A DNA stretch of 63,652 nt, the filler included, from Octopus bimaculoides (taxonomy: Eukaryota): the NCBI RefSeq assembly GCF_001194135.2. It is 7 parts of 7 records of this genome, joined end to end, with 100 filler letters (N's around TTAATTAATTAA, not from the genome) between each part and the next. Parts side by side here need not be neighbours in the genome. Positions count along the whole stretch, not along the records: positions 58,881 to 62,385 come from NC_068988.1; positions 62,486 to 63,652 come from NW_026315298.1; 5 more parts are not named here. One strand, written 5' to 3'. Under the pieces are notes generated by a model that ran no database searches, was not told the DNA's origin, and saw only the letters and a list, made by a program, of their open reading frames with translations. Of the stretch, positions 61,998 through 63,652 are shown piece by piece; position 1 is the stretch's first letter; each line of letters starts with the position of its first letter. The position numbers and the translations under genes were made by a program.

Positions 61998-62385
61998 TTG
62001 GAATTCCGGGTAGAGGTAGGGGTCCACCAAGGTTCCGTCCTCAGCCCCCTATTATTTATCATAGTCCTCCAGGCAATCACAGAGGAGTTCAAGACAGGTT
62101 GCCCCTGGGAGCTCCTCTATGCTGATGACCTTGCCCTAATTGCGGAGTCACTATCAGAACTAGAGGAGAAGTTTCAGGTGTGGAAGCAAGGTCTAGAATT
62201 GAAGGGCCTTAGAGTCAACCTAGCTAAAACCAAAATCCTAATAAGTAGGAAGGTAGATAAAACACAAACCCCTTCAGGTAGATGGCCCTGCTCAGTATGT
62301 AGAAAAGGAGTAGGTAGTAACTCTATAAGATGTACCCGGTGCAAGCTATGGACACATAAGAGGTGCAGCAACATCAAAGGCAGGT
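61998..62385 (+). mobile_element. RTE-clade LINE reverse-transcriptase core with an inserted Cys/His cluster (runs into a gap)
   Basis: VGVHQGSVLSPLLFIIV..WELLYADDLALIA..GLRVNLAKTK..WPCSVCRKGVGSNSIRCTRCKLWTHKRC. The reading frame is open. Confidence 0.93.
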
Positions 62386-62899
62386 NNNNNNNNNNNNNNN
62401 NNNNNNNNNNNNNNNNNNNNNNNNNNNNNTTAATTAATTAANNNNNNNNNNNNNNNNNNNNNNNNNNNNNNNNNNNNNNNNNNNNGTTTGTCATAAATGA
62501 TGAGTGTGTGTGTGTGCATATATATTTCAATTTACTTACCTCATTGATTCTACCCTTATCAGATTCTGCAAAACTTGGCTTTGTTGCATTGTCTAATTCA
62601 AATTCAGTCATGAAACACTTTTGTTCTTCCTTACTTGTTATATTTACATATTTAACCTTGTCCAAAGAAATGCGAACAGAATTGTATTTCTCACGAAAGC
62701 AAAGTATTACATTCCATACTCTGGCCTCGGTAACTAGAAAATGGTTTGAAAAATGAAAAAAACAGATTTATTAAATGTTTAGTAAGCATCAAAAAACTCT
62801 TATGATGTGAATAGTTATACTAATATTGTATTATTGGTTACAACCGGAAGCTGTGGGCATGTCCCACCCCAGTTATGGAAAGAAGGCTAGAGTAAGGGG

Positions 62900-63250
62900 G
62901 AAGGTGTGGATGTGAGGTAAGAAGTTTGCTTTTCAGCCACATGGCCCTGGGTTCAGGCCTTTTGGCATAGCAACTTGGGCAACTGTCTTTTACTATAACC
63001 TCAGGGCTGGCCAAAGAATTGGGAGTGGACTTCATGAACAGGAGCTGAAAATACTCATTGTGTGTGTGTGTGTGTGCTTGACAACCACTGTTGGTTTGTT
63101 TATGTCCCTGTAACTTATTGATTAGGCAGAATTGACCAGCAGAATAAATACCAGGCTTTAAAAAATAACTGCAAAGGTTGATTTGATTGACTAAACACTT
63201 CGAGGCAGTGCCCCAGAATGGCCACAGTCCAATGGCTGAACAAGTAAAAG
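62900..63250 (+). mobile_element. SINE family A (old copy)
   Basis: gaggtaagaagtttgc head, gggttcagg B box, and ggcagtgccccagaatggccacagtccaatggctgaacaagtaaaag tail. Confidence 0.75.
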
Positions 63251-63652
63251 ACCTAAAAAAACCCTTTACCATGGAAATAGTTATCCTATTATAAGTTTCA
63301 GTGAGAGGTTGTGGCCATGCTGGGGCACTTACGTAGTTATGTGAAGAAAACTAGTAAAAAATATTAGAATAATTTTAGGAAAAAACATGAAAATCTGAAT
63401 TATTATGTGAATTTGAATTCTTCACACATTTCGTCTCAAGGAAATTAGCTTTTATACATGAATGAGACATAAATCTGATTGTAACATTCTCTAATTAATT
63501 TTTCATTACAGCATCCACTCAAATTTCATGACTGAGTGGTTGATATTAAAACAGGGGAAACAATTACTTAATCACTATGTCCCATCCATCAATGCTGACA
63601 ATGGAAAAAGAAGAGAAAGAAAAGATTAAACATCAGAAATCTCACAATAAAA

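Overview
This is AT-rich, microsatellite-saturated, gapped animal DNA. The SINE, LINE and Penelope families seen suggest a cephalopod, probably octopus (inference). Six artificial 100-bp spacers (N44-TTAATTAATTAA-N44) split the window into at least seven joined pieces, so adjacency across them may not be biological. Nearly all ORFs in the supplied track are microsatellite or N artefacts, or transposon relics. One host gene is recognisable and the track misses it: the first coding exon of GPATCH3 (32096-32264, +). A few other exon-like segments are unidentified. The rest is mobile DNA: three R4/Dong-type RLE LINEs, a CR1-group LINE 3' end, several RTE LINE pieces, at least three Penelope-like element (PLE) lineages, mariner relics, hAT and pogo MITEs, and two abundant tRNA-derived SINE families. 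The most notable structures are: (i) a 5.5-17.2 kb chain in which Dong LINEs, one SINE family and an unidentified ~530-bp element are joined through (TAA)n tracts; (ii) minimal hammerhead-ribozyme motifs in PLE-type terminal repeats; (iii) a LINE-SINE pair sharing a 3' hairpin with compensatory base changes; and (iv) a PHD-type zinc finger inside an RTE reverse transcriptase. No CRISPR array, rRNA gene or true tRNA gene is supported.
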